Source of the DNA: Bryobacterales bacterium
Lineage (GTDB): Bacteria; Acidobacteriota; Terriglobia; Bryobacterales; UBA6623
NCBI GenBank assembly: GCA_965238045.1
Contig: CBDEGU010000012.1
Location: 1,685,075-1,749,074, forward strand
Length of the DNA: 64,000 nucleotides
Reading direction: 5' to 3'
The position numbers and the translations under genes are program-made. Below the pieces are notes generated by a model that worked only from the letters and a program-made list of their open reading frames with translations, ran no database searches and had not been told where the DNA came from. Of the stretch, positions 63,107-64,000 are shown piece after piece. Every line of letters begins with the position of its first letter. The first letter of the stretch is position 1.

Positions 63107-64000
63107 GTACTTACTATCATAAATAGACGTACGTGTGTTAGGATAGGGCATGGCAAAGAAAGCCACGCCTGTCCGGTTGAGTGGTGACGAGAAGCAGACG
63201 CTGCAGCGTTGGCGAGGGGCCCAGAAGACCGAACAACGTGTCGCCGAAAGAGTTCGCATCATCCTGTTGGCGGCCCAAGGAAGGTCGAACCTGGAGATCG
63301 CGGCAGAGTTGGGAACTCGACCGGCACGGGTGTCGAAGTGGCGCACGCGCTTTGCCCGCCAGCGTCTCGCCGGCTTGGTCGACCAAGCGCGACCCGGCAA
63401 GCCGCGCCAATACGACGCCGAGACCGAGAAACGCATTCTCAAGAAGCTCGATGAATCGCCGCCTTCCGGACACGCCACTTGGACCGGCCAACTCCTCGCC
63501 CAAGCGCTCGGCGATGTCAGCGCTCAACAAGTTTGGCGCGTGCTCGCTCGTCGCGGCATCTCGTTGCGTCGGCGGCGCAGCTGGTGTGTGTCGACCGGCC
63601 CGGAGTTTGCCCGCAAAGCGGCCGACATCGTCGGGCTGTATCTGAACCCTCCCCACAACGCTGTCGTTCTGGCGGTGGACGAGAAACCTCACATTCAGGC
63701 ACTCGAGCGGGCCCAAGGCTGGCTGCGGCTGCCCGACGGCAAGGCGCTGACCGGCTTTTCGCACGGCGACAAGCGCCACGGCACGACGACCCTGTTTGCG
63801 GCCTTGGAGGTAGCCACCGGCCAGGTCACCGCCGGCCATTACCGGCGTCGTAGGCGGCGAGATTTCCTCGACTTCATGAATCAAATCGTCGGCCTGTACG
63901 AAGGGTTGGAGTTGCACATCATACTGGACAATCTCAACACCCACAAACCGAAACGCGATCGCTGGCTCCAGCGCCATCCCAACGTGCACTTCCACTACAC
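63107..64000 (+). mobile_element. Second IS630-family element (different sequence), runs off the window
   Basis: The left end GTACTTACTATCAT... is preceded by TA (63105-63106). The transposase ORF is open to nt 64000. Confidence 0.7.
63150..64000 (+). CDS. IS630-family transposase (partial, 3' end outside window)
   Basis: MAKKATPVRLSGDEKQTLQRWRGAQKTEQRVAERVRIILLAAQGRSNLEIAAELG...AVDEKPHIQALE...IILDNLNTHKP... It is not in the ORF track because no stop is reached. Confidence 0.85.
   Translation, partial: MAKKATPVRLSGDEKQTLQRWRGAQKTEQRVAERVRIILLAAQGRSNLEIAAELGTRPARVSKWRTRFARQRLAGLVDQARPGKPRQYDAETEKRILKKLDESPPSGHATWTGQLLAQALGDVSAQQVWRVLARRGISLRRRRSWCVSTGPEFARKAADIVGLYLNPPHNAVVLAVDEKPHIQALERAQGWLRLPDGKALTGFSHGDKRHGTTTLFAALEVATGQVTAGHYRRRRRRDFLDFMNQIVGLYEGLELHIILDNLNTHKPKRDRWLQRHPNVHFHY

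Overview
GC-rich bacterial chromosomal window. The taxon cannot be determined here. My guess is an Acidobacteriota-like soil bacterium, based on Tat-leader DUF362/amidohydrolase genes and Ser/Thr-kinase stubs of the [26 protein letters not shown] type. The stretch 0.3-27.9 kb looks like ordinary chromosome. It holds a DUF362 protein, a ceramidase-like hydrolase and a 15.6-kb minus-strand block: PDZ/GAF/PAS histidine kinase, sigma54-type response regulator, RND adaptor plus RND pump, two HlyD adaptors, MacB/FtsX-type permease, TolC. After that come an enolase-superfamily gene with a 12-nt x6 coding repeat, a DUF5916-like protein, an aminotransferase and an amidohydrolase. A tRNA-Met(CAT) at 27.95 kb marks the start of a heavily eroded accessory region. 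First is an integrase/excisionase/replication/HNH-TerS island remnant hit by IS256- and IS1595-family elements. From there to 64 kb is a mosaic of intact genes interleaved with gene stubs and mobile DNA. The intact genes are DUF3179, a CehA-like hydrolase, CMD, a histidine kinase, a nitroreductase, an acyltransferase, two beta-propeller glycosidase-like paralogues, amidohydrolases and a D-aminoacylase. At least ten kinds of mobile DNA are present: IS1182, IS256, IS1595 x2, IS21, an IS1202/ISNCY-like element, IS6 plus three 120-bp MITEs carrying its inverted repeats, IS630 x2, a 484-bp orfA-only IS3 derivative, IS1380-type relics and the 5' part of a group II intron. Several insertions can be reconstructed to the nucleotide from target duplications and restored reading frames. 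I found no CRISPR array, no rRNA and no convincing new multi-gene defence or biosynthetic system. The unusual observations are listed as findings and are hypotheses. All family names come from recognising motifs by eye, not from searches. Coordinates of non-ORF features were anchored on the supplied ORF track and should be good to a few nt.
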